A stretch of DNA of 64,000 nucleotides, taken from a virus. The notes under the pieces are model-generated. The model searched no databases. It saw only the letters and a program-made list of their open reading frames with translations, and was not told the DNA's origin. Both the position numbers and the translations under genes were made by a program. Location of the stretch: IMG/VR virus record IMGVR_UViG_3300030329_003470, positions 96,001-160,000 of that record, one strand, 5' to 3'. This document shows positions 20,026 to 30,344 of this stretch, piece after piece. Position 1 is the first letter of the stretch; every line of letters begins with the position of its first letter.

Positions 20026-21356
20026 AATATAAAAAACAAATATTAGATACCAAGTCAGCAAGTTTTTGTGGTGCTAAATGGTTTAATGCGACTATATGGT
20101 TGGGCAGTGGTATGACCACAAGTTGTCATCACCCGTTACCACACAAAATAGATTTAGAAGAAATAAAAACAAATCCAAGTGCTATACACAATACTAAAGA
20201 AAAGAAAGAACAACGTAGACAAATGCAGTGTGGAGAAAGACCTGCTGGTTGCGAATATTGTTGGAAGATTGAAGATATAGGTAGAGATGCTATAAGTGAT
20301 AGAGTATATAAATCAAAAATATTTGACAATAATCATTTAAATGAAGCATTTAATGAAAGTCATAATATTGATTGGAACTTAAAAACTTTAGAAATAGCAT
20401 TTGATAGGACTTGTAATTTTGCTTGTTCTTACTGCAATCCTGCATTCAGTACAACATGGGCAAGAGATATTAAACAAAAAGGTCCATACACAGATATGAC
20501 TACAGACGGAAGAAATCATTTTACTCACAGTCATGAATCAGCAGAGCCTTACAAAAAGGATGAAACCAATCCATATGTTGAAGCATTTTACACTTGGTGG
20601 GAAACAGATTTACACAAAAGTTTAGATGAATTAAGAATAACAGGGGGTGAACCAATGATGTCACCTAACTTATGGAGACTGTTAGATTGGATAGAAACAC
20701 AAGGACACAGAATGAATCCGCGTATGCGTATTGCAATTAATTCTAATTTAGGTGCAAAACAAGATATTATAGATCGTTTTAAAAAGAAATTAAAAAACTT
20801 TGATAGATTTCATTTGTATACTAGTAACGAAGCAACATTTAGACAAGCAGAATATATTAGAGACGGATTAAATTATGGAGATTGGTATAGTCAAGTGTTA
20901 CACATGATGGTTGATAAAGTACCAGCAGAAATTCACAATATGTGTACAATCAATGCATTGTGTTTAGAATCACTGGCTGAATTTTTAGAAAAAATTGTAT
21001 GGTTAAAAAATGCAAGTAAGGTTTACGGACCAACAATAAATTATACACTTAATATTTTAAGGTTTCCAAGTTTTCAATCTCCTCTTGTACTACCAGACGA
21101 CTTAAGAAATAAATTTAAGACCGATATTGAACAGTTTTTAAATAATAATAAGAAACATTTAGAAGAGATGGAGATTAACCACACACAAAGATTAATTGAT
21201 TATTTAGATGTTGTTAAAACACCACACGCTGGTGCGGCAGAAAGAGAAAAATTACAGAAAGATTTTAAAACATTTTATAGTCAATATGATAAAAGAAGAG
21301 GAAAGGACTTTGAAAAAACTTTCCCAATTATAGGAGAATGGTACCGTGGCATATGA
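20013..21356 (+). CDS. N-twitch radical SAM (paralogue 2)
   Basis: FCGAKW..SCHH..CEYCW; CNFACSYC; TGGEP. Confidence 0.85.
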   Translation: MEDLEYKKQILDTKSASFCGAKWFNATIWLGSGMTTSCHHPLPHKIDLEEIKTNPSAIHNTKEKKEQRRQMQCGERPAGCEYCWKIEDIGRDAISDRVYKSKIFDNNHLNEAFNESHNIDWNLKTLEIAFDRTCNFACSYCNPAFSTTWARDIKQKGPYTDMTTDGRNHFTHSHESAEPYKKDETNPYVEAFYTWWETDLHKSLDELRITGGEPMMSPNLWRLLDWIETQGHRMNPRMRIAINSNLGAKQDIIDRFKKKLKNFDRFHLYTSNEATFRQAEYIRDGLNYGDWYSQVLHMMVDKVPAEIHNMCTINALCLESLAEFLEKIVWLKNASKVYGPTINYTLNILRFPSFQSPLVLPDDLRNKFKTDIEQFLNNNKKHLEEMEINHTQRLIDYLDVVKTPHAGAAEREKLQKDFKTFYSQYDKRRGKDFEKTFPIIGEWYRGI

Positions 21357-22644
21357 GTATGGGGCAAAAGAGCCTGAAAAATTAAAGATTAAAGACATGA
21401 CCCCTAAAGAAAAGGAGTTGTTAATAGATTCGGAAACGTTCTGTATGTTACCGTGGATGCACCTTCACGCATATCCAGATGGTAGAGCATACCCTTGTTG
21501 TTTTGCATTTGATCCTTACCCTGTTGGCGATTTAAACAAACAAAGTTTAAAAGAAGTATTCAACGGTGAAAAAATGAAAAAGATGAGGTTAAGAATGTTG
21601 AATAACAAAAAATCACGTGAGTGTTTGAAATGTTACGATCAAGAAAAATCTGGATTCTTTTCATTACGTTTAAGTTCTAATAAACATTTTGGTCACAACG
21701 TACCTTTAGTACATAACACTCTACCAGACGGTACTGCTGATTTTGTAATGAAGTATTGGGATATAAGGTTTAGCAATCTCTGTAATATGGCTTGTAGAAG
21801 TTGTGGTACGTGGTTCAGTTCTAATTGGTATGAAGATCATAAAAAATTAACTGGTGCACCACCGCCCCATGCAAAAATAATGAAAGTTGGTAGAACTACT
21901 AATGATATGTGGGAGCAGATGTTAGAATCATTTGAACATTCTGAACAGTTTTATTTTGCAGGTGGAGAACCAATTATAATGGAGGAGCATTATAGAATAT
22001 TAAAAGAGTTAGATAAACGTAAAATGTATCACGTAAGATTAATTTATAATACTAATTTTAGTAAAACAAAATTTAAAGATATTGATGTATTTGAGTTATG
22101 GAATAAATTTGATTCGGTTTCAGTTGGTGCAAGTTTAGATGCAGAAGGACCAAGAGCAGAATTAATGCGTAAAGGAACTAAATGGGAAGAAACTATTGCT
22201 AATAGAAAAAGAATGATGGAAGTTTGTCCACAAGTTGATTTTTATATTAGTTCAACTGTTGGATTGACTAATAGTTTACACGTGTGTGACTTTCATAAAA
22301 GTTGGGTAGAACAAGGATTAATAAAACCACAAGACTTTAATTTTAATTTGTTACAGCACCCTATTTGGCAAAGAATGGATATACTACCACCAGAACACAA
22401 ACAGCGAGTAAAAGAAAGATATGAAGAACATTTTGTATGGTTAAAAAATCAAGATCCGCTAACAAGAGCAACTAAAGGATTTGAATCTGCATTAGATTGG
22501 ATGTTTAAAACTGATAATCAAAAACATTTAGAATTATTCTTTGCTAATACAAAAAGATATGATGAAATAAGAAATGAAAATACCATAGAAGTATTTCCAG
22601 AATGGAAAGAATTATTTGACAAATATGATAAGAATAAAACCTAA
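21346..22644 (+). CDS. N-twitch radical SAM (paralogue 3)
   Basis: FCMLPW..PCC..CLKC; CNMACRSC; AGGEP. Confidence 0.85.
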   Translation: MAYEYGAKEPEKLKIKDMTPKEKELLIDSETFCMLPWMHLHAYPDGRAYPCCFAFDPYPVGDLNKQSLKEVFNGEKMKKMRLRMLNNKKSRECLKCYDQEKSGFFSLRLSSNKHFGHNVPLVHNTLPDGTADFVMKYWDIRFSNLCNMACRSCGTWFSSNWYEDHKKLTGAPPPHAKIMKVGRTTNDMWEQMLESFEHSEQFYFAGGEPIIMEEHYRILKELDKRKMYHVRLIYNTNFSKTKFKDIDVFELWNKFDSVSVGASLDAEGPRAELMRKGTKWEETIANRKRMMEVCPQVDFYISSTVGLTNSLHVCDFHKSWVEQGLIKPQDFNFNLLQHPIWQRMDILPPEHKQRVKERYEEHFVWLKNQDPLTRATKGFESALDWMFKTDNQKHLELFFANTKRYDEIRNENTIEVFPEWKELFDKYDKNKT

Positions 22645-23959
22645 AGACGGTAATAAAACATTTTGTATGGCACCATGGACACATACATATCTTTCTCCAC
22701 AAATGGAAAGACGATTATGTTGTGCAAGTAGAGAAAAATCTACAAATTTTAAACAATATATTGATTTAGAAAATAAAGACAAGCAATCAGAAAAATTACA
22801 TTTATTAACTGCTAAAGAACATTGGAATTCTGATTATATGAAAGATGCAAGAGTTAAACTTATGGCAGGGAAAGAAATTGATGCCTGTGCCGCTTGTAAT
22901 TATAAGTTGTTAAATGCTCAGGTTTATAGACAACATTTTAATAGATTTTATGCAAATCAAATAGATGAAGCATTTGAAAAAACACGAGATGATGGACATA
23001 CAGATATGGAAATTACAAGTTGGGATTATAGATTTTCTAATTTATGTAACTTTAGTTGTAGAATGTGCGGGGATATGTTATCAAGTACTTGGGAAACTGA
23101 AAATAAAAAACATGGCAGAGCAGATTATTATGAAAATGATAGAATATGGGGTAGAAAAGATATTAAAGAACAATTACAAAAATTTCATGATCAACAAGTT
23201 GTAAAAGAATTTATGGAGGCTGTAGAAAATAAAACAATAAAAGAATTTTATTGGTGCGGTGGAGAACCTTTAATGTGGAAAATACACTGGACTGCTATGC
23301 AAAGAGTAATAGATTTAGGTTATGCTGATCAAGTACTTGCAAGATATAATTCAAATATGAGTCGTATACAATTTTATAAGAAAAATTTATTTGATGACGT
23401 ATTAAGTAAATTTCAACATTGGCAAATAAATGCATCAATTGACGGAACAGGAGAAATAGGCGAGTACATAAGAACTGGTTTAAAATATGACGAATGGTTA
23501 GCAAATATGAAATATGCTAGAAAGTTTATTACACAACCAAGACAATTACAATTAGATTTAACAATTACATTGCCGGGATTATTTGATTTAGAAAATATGT
23601 ACGAATTACATAAAGAATTAAATGTTCCAATATTGGGTAAAAAAGTTTTTAATTTTAGTCCAGATGCATTTATGGCCCCAAACTTTATGCCTAAACATTT
23701 ATTGCATCTAATGGTTGATAAGGTCCAAAATAAATTAGCAAATGAAAGAAAAACAATTCATAATTTAGCCTTTTTAGAAAGTTTAGAAGATTTAAAAAAT
23801 CATAAAACTAACGAAGAACGTTATAGTGAAGAAGAATGTAAGAAAGGGTGGAAAGATGGAAAAGCAGAATGTGAAAGATTAGACAAAATTAGAGGAACAG
23901 ATATTAAAAAAATATTAGCAAAAGAACCAGAGGTTTTAAAATGGTGGACAAGTATATAA
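22625..23959 (+). CDS. N-twitch radical SAM (paralogue 4)
   Basis: FCMAPW..LCC..CAAC; CNFSCRMC; CGGEP. Start could be 22616 or 22625. Confidence 0.85.
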   Translation: MIRIKPKDGNKTFCMAPWTHTYLSPQMERRLCCASREKSTNFKQYIDLENKDKQSEKLHLLTAKEHWNSDYMKDARVKLMAGKEIDACAACNYKLLNAQVYRQHFNRFYANQIDEAFEKTRDDGHTDMEITSWDYRFSNLCNFSCRMCGDMLSSTWETENKKHGRADYYENDRIWGRKDIKEQLQKFHDQQVVKEFMEAVENKTIKEFYWCGGEPLMWKIHWTAMQRVIDLGYADQVLARYNSNMSRIQFYKKNLFDDVLSKFQHWQINASIDGTGEIGEYIRTGLKYDEWLANMKYARKFITQPRQLQLDLTITLPGLFDLENMYELHKELNVPILGKKVFNFSPDAFMAPNFMPKHLLHLMVDKVQNKLANERKTIHNLAFLESLEDLKNHKTNEERYSEEECKKGWKDGKAECERLDKIRGTDIKKILAKEPEVLKWWTSI

Positions 23960-25107
23960 AATCAAATGTATGTCCATTGCCTTGGACACATTTAGAAATT
24001 GATGTAAATGGTGGAGCATCTCCTTGTTGTTTATACAAAGGTAGTATACCCGACGTAAAAGTCTATGAAACTGGTTTAAAAGAAATACAAAAACATCAGT
24101 ATATGGACAATTTAAGAACACAATTTAAAAATGGAGAAAGACCAGATGGATGTTCAAATTGTTGGGCAGAAGAAGATGCAGGTAAAACATCAAAACGTAT
24201 GAATTCAATTTATAAAATGAAAAATAGTTTAAATGATTGGTCTCCTAACAGCGAGCCGTCATTAAAATTTATAGATTTTAAGTTGGGTAACGTGTGTAAT
24301 TTAAAGTGTAGAATATGTGGCAGTTGGAGTTCTAGTAAATGGGCACAGGAAGAATTAGATTATGGAGAAAATCCAGTCGCCAAAAAAAACTTAAAAGAAG
24401 GAGGTTGGCCAAAAAGACATCCTAAATTTTTTGAGGATGTAAAAGAAGATCTTGCAGATGCAGAATATTTTGAATTTACAGGCGGTGAACCGTTCATGAT
24501 ACAAAACCATTTTAAAATTTTAGAGCATTGTGTTGAAAAAGGTTATGCTAAAAATCAAGATATACACTATAACACTAATGGAACACAATTACCGCCAAGA
24601 GAAATATTTGATTTGTGGAAACATTTTAAAAGAGTAGAAATTGCATTTAGTATTGATGACGTGGGCGAGCCATTTGAATATCAAAGGCATCCTGCAAATT
24701 GGAAAGAAGTAAATCATAATTTAAATCAGTTTAAAATATATCAAACTGCAAATATGGAGTTTCAAATATGTTCAACAATTAATATTTTTAATATTTTTAG
24801 TTTGGCAAAATTATTATTATGGGTAAGAAATTTTGATCCAAAATTCTTTTATGTTAATACTTGCTTTGATCCGCCATATTTTAATATACAAACACTGCCA
24901 AAACAAATTAAAAATATTGTTAATGCACGTTATTCTGATTTAAAAGATTTTGAAGGTACTTTAAGATATATGAATTCTGCAGATAGAGACACAGAAGAAA
25001 TAAGAAAAAAAAGAAAAGAACGTATTTTACTAGCAGACAATTACAGAAAAGAAAATTTTAGTGATGTGTTTCCACTTTTAAATAATGTGATGAGGATTTA
25101 TGACTAA
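23941..25107 (+). CDS. N-twitch radical SAM (paralogue 5)
   Basis: VCPLPW..PCC..CSNCW; CNLKCRIC; TGGEP. Confidence 0.85.
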   Translation: MVDKYIKSNVCPLPWTHLEIDVNGGASPCCLYKGSIPDVKVYETGLKEIQKHQYMDNLRTQFKNGERPDGCSNCWAEEDAGKTSKRMNSIYKMKNSLNDWSPNSEPSLKFIDFKLGNVCNLKCRICGSWSSSKWAQEELDYGENPVAKKNLKEGGWPKRHPKFFEDVKEDLADAEYFEFTGGEPFMIQNHFKILEHCVEKGYAKNQDIHYNTNGTQLPPREIFDLWKHFKRVEIAFSIDDVGEPFEYQRHPANWKEVNHNLNQFKIYQTANMEFQICSTINIFNIFSLAKLLLWVRNFDPKFFYVNTCFDPPYFNIQTLPKQIKNIVNARYSDLKDFEGTLRYMNSADRDTEEIRKKRKERILLADNYRKENFSDVFPLLNNVMRIYD

Positions 25108-25906
25108 AAATTTTATATCAGGTGGATGTAGTTTTACCTTTGGCAATGAATTAAGCGACGATAATGGTGGCAACATACCGTCTAGAAAAAGTTGGGCATA
25201 TGGATTAATGAATGATACTCAGGCTACTTCGCAAGACAATTACATTTGCACTGCAAAAGGAGGTATAGGAAATACAGCGATTGCTCGTAGAGTTTTTAAT
25301 ACAGTAGCAAACACAAAAGATATTAGTTGTGTAGTTGTGATGTGGAGTTTCAACTCACGATACGATTGGGCGATGCCACGTCATAGACTTTTAGAAGACA
25401 CACGTTGGGCAACAATGTCTCCGTGGGATACAAAATTAGCAGACGAAGAAAGGCACAAAACAATTCAAGGATCAGAAGCAGAATTAGAATATTGGAAACA
25501 TAGGAAAGATATGATGCAAGAAACTAGGGTACAACCTTTTGCAGATGCAATTTATAGATATGCGGCCAACGAGTATCACGAAACTTACCTAAGTTGGAAA
25601 AGTATAATTTGGCTACAAAATATTCTTGAAAAGAAAAATATTCCGTATTTGTTTACACTTGCAGACAATAGTTTATTTTATAAAGATTTTGACCCACACA
25701 AAGATCAAGACTCTTTTATGACAGCATTACACAATGAAATTAATTTTACCAACTGGTTTTCCTTTGGTGAACGTAATATGGGGTTTAATCAATGGTCGGT
25801 AATAAACGAATATAAACGAGGCACTACACATCCACTTGATAAAGCACACCAAGATGCTGTACAATTAATGTTGCCAAAGTTTAAGAAAATAATAGGAGGA
25901 AAATAA
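25100..25906 (+). CDS. SGNH/GDSL-like protein (GCSFT type), second copy
   Basis: ISGGCSFTFG, GGIGN and C-terminal THP. Confidence 0.55.
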   Translation: MTKNFISGGCSFTFGNELSDDNGGNIPSRKSWAYGLMNDTQATSQDNYICTAKGGIGNTAIARRVFNTVANTKDISCVVVMWSFNSRYDWAMPRHRLLEDTRWATMSPWDTKLADEERHKTIQGSEAELEYWKHRKDMMQETRVQPFADAIYRYAANEYHETYLSWKSIIWLQNILEKKNIPYLFTLADNSLFYKDFDPHKDQDSFMTALHNEINFTNWFSFGERNMGFNQWSVINEYKRGTTHPLDKAHQDAVQLMLPKFKKIIGGK

Positions 25907-26010
25907 TGTTTAATTGGATAAAAAAACTAATTGATAGAATTAAGTCTGAATTAGCATATAGAAAAAGACTTAAAGAGTTAAAGAAAAAAGACCCGTTTAT
26001 ATACAAGTAA
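25906..26010 (+). CDS. 34-aa basic microprotein ending KKKDPFIYK
   Basis: MFNWIKKLIDRIKSELAYRKRLKELKKKDPFIYK. TAATG coupling to the upstream gene, GGAGG SD, fills the gap. Confidence 0.75.
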   Translation: MFNWIKKLIDRIKSELAYRKRLKELKKKDPFIYK

Positions 26011-26013
26011 AAA

Positions 26014-26661
26014 ATGGACATACTTAATAAAGATAAACTCAAGCAAGTACTTGAGAAATGGAAGGGACACCCATCTATTACGGAGTTAATGGATCGTTTT
26101 GACAAACTTCAAACATATACAAAAAAGAAGTTTGAAAAAAAACCAAAATATGATTTAATTGAACTGCATAATATAGATGTTAAAGAAGATCCTGTAAGAC
26201 CTGAGTTAACTTTAGAGTTTAGACAAAAACATGGCAGAAAGATATATGGACTAAAAGACGAAGAAGGAGATATAGCGGCAATTATGTGTTTTGCTTTTAC
26301 ACACAACGTACCAAAAACAGTTGAAGAAATGGATAGATTAAGTTATGATGCTTGGATGCAATCAACACACAGAGCAGGTGTGCAAGGAGATATTGCAATA
26401 GCATACACAGTTTGGGCAAAAAAAAGAGGCGGCGGAAAAGCCATAGTAAATGAAGTGTATAAAATGATTAAAAAATCACATCACTTAAACAGATTAGTTA
26501 CACTATCGCCTTTAACTGATATGGCAAGAAAGTTTCATATTAGAAATGGAGCAAAAGAATTACAAGTAAACGAAGAAACACAAAATTTTGAATATGATAT
26601 TACGTTAGAAGATTGGGAGAAAGCATTAGATAAAGCAAAAAGGTTTTTTAAAATAAAATGA
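26014..26661 (+). CDS. Hypothetical protein (possible GNAT-like fold)
   Basis: EDPVRPEL...IAYTVWAKKRGGGK...VTLSP; the RGxG-like segment resembles a GNAT acetyl-CoA loop. Confidence 0.45.
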   Translation: MDILNKDKLKQVLEKWKGHPSITELMDRFDKLQTYTKKKFEKKPKYDLIELHNIDVKEDPVRPELTLEFRQKHGRKIYGLKDEEGDIAAIMCFAFTHNVPKTVEEMDRLSYDAWMQSTHRAGVQGDIAIAYTVWAKKRGGGKAIVNEVYKMIKKSHHLNRLVTLSPLTDMARKFHIRNGAKELQVNEETQNFEYDITLEDWEKALDKAKRFFKIK

Positions 26662-28121
26662 GAGTATTAGGTATTAATTGTATGAATCACGATGCCGCAA
26701 TGGCAGTAGTAGATTTTAGTAGTGGCATAGGAGAAGTACTATGGGCCGCTCATGCTGAACGTTATTCAAAAGTAAAAAATGATTTTCATTTAAATTGGGC
26801 AATAGTAAATGAAGCAAAAACATACGGTCCTTTTGACAAAGTTGTTTATTATGAAAAACCTTTATTAAAAAAAACAAGACAATTATATGCAGGACAATAC
26901 AATGATGCATTTAGTTATACTGAAATGCCACAGAGACATTGTGGTATATTTGGAATTAAAATAGATGAGTTTGTACTACATCATGACAGTCATGCCGCGG
27001 CAGGATATTTTACATCACCTTTCAAAGAAGCCACAATACTTACAGTGGACGCAATAGGTGAATGGGATACTGTTTCTATATCAACTGCTGAAAAAGTTTG
27101 GATAGAAAGAAAAGAAACTATAAAGTATCCACACAGTTTAGGTATATTGTATTCTGCATTTACACATCGTTGTGGATTAAAGCCTGCAGAAGAAGAATAT
27201 ATTTTAATGGGCATGGCGGCATATGGCAAGCCAATTTATAAAGAGGACATATATGAAGATTTTGTAGAACAAAGTCCTTTTAAACTCAAAAAGAATTTGC
27301 ACAGAGGATTAAGTGATTGGCATCCAGAAGCAGATGTTATGGATCTTGCCGCAAGTATACAATCAGTTACAGAAGAATGTCTTGCAGGACTATGGCATAG
27401 AGCGAGTAAGTATGGATCACGTAATTTAGTATATGCTGGAGGAGTAGCATTAAATTGTGCCGCCAACAGAGTACTTGCAAATTTGGGATTGTTTGACAAT
27501 ATATGGATTATTCCAAACCCAGGTGATGCAGGAAGTTCGTTAGGTTGTATTGCCGCAAGTGAGAAAACATTTATTAATTGGAAAAGTCCGTTCTTAGGAC
27601 ACAACATAGAAGGTGAATATCCAGTAGATAAAATTATAAAAGAATTAAAAGAAAATAAGATGGTAGGAGTTGCAAATGGTAGAGCAGAGTTTGGTCCCAG
27701 GGCACTTGGTAATAGATCTCTTTTAGCAGACCCACGTGGTCCAGAAATTAAGGATTTGGTAAATGCAATTAAGAAAAGACAGAAGTTTAGACCCTTTGCA
27801 CCAGCCATATTAGAAGAGGATGTAAACGACTATTTTGAACTACCTAAAGGTGTTTTAAACACCCCTTATATGCAATATACAGCGGCGTGTACGCATGGTA
27901 AAGACTTTCCTGCCATAATACACTACGATAACACAAGTCGCGTACAAACCGTCTCTAAAAGCGATAATGAAGGGTTTTATGAACTGCTTAAAGCATGGAA
28001 AAAAGAAACAGGGTGTCCTATGTTGTTAAACACGAGTTTGAATATTAAGGGTCAACCAATAGTAAATGACGTTAATGATGGTAAAGCATTTACCAAAAAA
28101 TATGGAGTAAAAGTATTATAA
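26658..28121 (+). CDS. Carbamoyltransferase (NodU/CmcH/TobZ family)
   Basis: HDAA..AERY, HHDSHAAAGYF, DAIGE, EYILMGMAAYG, GGVALNC, PGDAG, EFGPRALGNRS and LLNTSLN motifs. Confidence 0.92.
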   Translation: MRVLGINCMNHDAAMAVVDFSSGIGEVLWAAHAERYSKVKNDFHLNWAIVNEAKTYGPFDKVVYYEKPLLKKTRQLYAGQYNDAFSYTEMPQRHCGIFGIKIDEFVLHHDSHAAAGYFTSPFKEATILTVDAIGEWDTVSISTAEKVWIERKETIKYPHSLGILYSAFTHRCGLKPAEEEYILMGMAAYGKPIYKEDIYEDFVEQSPFKLKKNLHRGLSDWHPEADVMDLAASIQSVTEECLAGLWHRASKYGSRNLVYAGGVALNCAANRVLANLGLFDNIWIIPNPGDAGSSLGCIAASEKTFINWKSPFLGHNIEGEYPVDKIIKELKENKMVGVANGRAEFGPRALGNRSLLADPRGPEIKDLVNAIKKRQKFRPFAPAILEEDVNDYFELPKGVLNTPYMQYTAACTHGKDFPAIIHYDNTSRVQTVSKSDNEGFYELLKAWKKETGCPMLLNTSLNIKGQPIVNDVNDGKAFTKKYGVKVL

Positions 28122-29068
28122 TGAGATTTTTAGTAACAGGCGGATTTGGTTTTATTGGATCACAAGTAGTAGAACAATTATGCAAAGAACATTCAGTAAC
28201 TGTGCTGGATAATCATGACACATATGGCATAATGGATAAAACAGAAGCAGACAAACTTTATAAATGGAGATCTCGTAATTGGACTAGCAACGTAACTCAT
28301 CATAGAGGAGATGTAATGGATAGAATGTCTTGCTTAAGATCATTCAGTCATCGTCCAGATATTGTAATACATCTTGCCGCATATCCTAGAGCAAAGATAG
28401 TTGATAATGATCCAATATTAGGAATACCTAAAATTATAAATGGAACTACAAATTTATTATGGCATTCAACAAACTTTGGTGTAAGAAAATTTGTTTATGT
28501 TAGTAGTAGTATGGTATATGGAGATTTTAAAGATGGTATGAAAGAAGACGGAAATACAAAACCTAAAAACATTTACGGAGAGGCAAAGTTAGCAGGAGAA
28601 AGATTTACAAAATTATTTCAAAAAAGAGATAATTTAGATTATATTGTTATACGTCCTAGTGGTGTTTACGGTCCAGGAGATATGCCTGATAGAGTTGTAA
28701 GTAAGTTTTTTGAAAAAGCAATGAAGAATGATCCAATAACATTACACAATGGAGAGAATAAAGTTGACTTTACATACATAGAAGACACAGTGCAAGGTAT
28801 AATAAAAGCCGCAACGTCGTCAGTAGCCAATGTTAGTTTTAACATAACCCAAGGTAACGCAACAAGTTTAAGAAAACTTGCAGAAACAATTATAGAAATT
28901 ACAGGTAGTGAGTCAGAACTTGAAGATATTGGCAATCATGATTTGTATCCAATGCGTGGAACACTTGATATATCTAGAGCAAAAGACTTAATTGGATACG
29001 AACCACAATATGAATTAAAAGAAGGATTGAAAAAATATTATGACTGGATTCGACAGTATTCAAGTTAG
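28121..29068 (+). CDS. NAD-dependent nucleotide-sugar epimerase/dehydratase
   Basis: LVTGGFGFIGS, SSSMVYG, YGEAK and VYGPG motifs. Confidence 0.9.
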   Translation: MRFLVTGGFGFIGSQVVEQLCKEHSVTVLDNHDTYGIMDKTEADKLYKWRSRNWTSNVTHHRGDVMDRMSCLRSFSHRPDIVIHLAAYPRAKIVDNDPILGIPKIINGTTNLLWHSTNFGVRKFVYVSSSMVYGDFKDGMKEDGNTKPKNIYGEAKLAGERFTKLFQKRDNLDYIVIRPSGVYGPGDMPDRVVSKFFEKAMKNDPITLHNGENKVDFTYIEDTVQGIIKAATSSVANVSFNITQGNATSLRKLAETIIEITGSESELEDIGNHDLYPMRGTLDISRAKDLIGYEPQYELKEGLKKYYDWIRQYSS

Positions 29069-30344
29069 GTTTAAAAATATTGAGTTTTACAAATCACCAT
29101 TAGCAAATACTAGGACAGTTCCTTTTGTTGACAGTTATTTCGATATACTAAAGGCAGTTGTGAATGATGTTAAAACAGAATACTTTTGGTTCTTTGCAAG
29201 TTTTTGTAAATTAGATACAAACTTTGATTGGAATTACATTCCAGAACAACACGAAAAAGATCAAATACACGTTTGGTATACAACTCATCCTATGGGCGGA
29301 TTAAACAAAGAAGGTAATGTGTTTTTAATACCTACACAAAAGTTTAAAGAACAAATGAATAGTTTAAAATTTTTACGTGATTTTAAAGATATAAACTATC
29401 ATGCTTCACCTGTTTTAGAAGTACAACCAATTACAGTAACTTATTTTGAATTAAAAGATCCTTATGTAAACTATCATACAAATCCTGTTTTATACAAATG
29501 GTTGGTTAACAAAGATTTACAAGGAATAAAACTTCCAAATTTTTATCCAAGTTTTTGGGAAGACGAAAAAATTTATACATTTGGCAAAACAAAAGATATT
29601 ATGTTAGTGCCTTATCGTAAAGATTTAAAACAGTTTTATGATATAGATAGAGCAGTTCATTATGATTATGAATACGATTCTAAACCAATGGATATAGTTT
29701 TTATTTCATATGATGAACCAAATGCTGAAAAACGTTATAAAGAACTTAAAGCAAAATACCCAAAAGCAAAATGGAGCAAAAATGTAATAGGGCAAACACT
29801 TGCTTATGTCACCGCGGCACTAAAGAGTGAAACTGATTATTTTTTTGCAGTATTTCCTAAAATTGAAATTGTTGATAGTTTTAAATTTGACTTTCAACCA
29901 GATAGAATGAAAAATCCTTGTCATTATATTTTTAATTGTAAAAATCCTGTTAATGATTTAGAATACGGACATGGTGCAGTATTGTTGTATAATAAAAAAT
30001 TAGTATTAGAAACTAAAGATCCTGGTTTAGACTTTACACTTTCAAAACCTCATGATTGGGTACCTCAATTAAGTGCTATAAATCATTTCAACGAATCTCC
30101 TTGGTTGGCATGGAGAACTGCTTTTAGAGAAGTTGTAAAATTATGCCAATATAAGCCAACGGTTGAATCTAAATTTAGATTAAAAAAATGGTGCCAACTT
30201 GGTAAAGGAGAAAATGCAGATTGGGTATATAAGGGTGCAATTGACGGAAAAGAATTTTACGAAAAAAACAGTGACAACTACGACAAATTAATGTTATCAT
30301 ACAACTTTGAATGGTTAAAACAATACTATGAATCAAAATATTAA
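29040..30344 (+). CDS. Two-domain glycosyltransferase-like protein; C-terminal domain lacks DxD
   Basis: DIVFISYDEPN...YFFAVFPK...YGHGAV...AWRTAFREVVKL aligns with 17041. Confidence 0.5.
   Translation: MTGFDSIQVRFKNIEFYKSPLANTRTVPFVDSYFDILKAVVNDVKTEYFWFFASFCKLDTNFDWNYIPEQHEKDQIHVWYTTHPMGGLNKEGNVFLIPTQKFKEQMNSLKFLRDFKDINYHASPVLEVQPITVTYFELKDPYVNYHTNPVLYKWLVNKDLQGIKLPNFYPSFWEDEKIYTFGKTKDIMLVPYRKDLKQFYDIDRAVHYDYEYDSKPMDIVFISYDEPNAEKRYKELKAKYPKAKWSKNVIGQTLAYVTAALKSETDYFFAVFPKIEIVDSFKFDFQPDRMKNPCHYIFNCKNPVNDLEYGHGAVLLYNKKLVLETKDPGLDFTLSKPHDWVPQLSAINHFNESPWLAWRTAFREVVKLCQYKPTVESKFRLKKWCQLGKGENADWVYKGAIDGKEFYEKNSDNYDKLMLSYNFEWLKQYYESKY

Noticed and set aside
17927-25107. RiPP cluster (SPASM maturases plus precursor peptide)
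   Set aside because: There is no RRE/PqqD domain, transporter or peptidase, and the context is sugar enzymes. The 34-aa peptide lacks a Cys- or Ser/Thr-rich core. It is not fully excluded.
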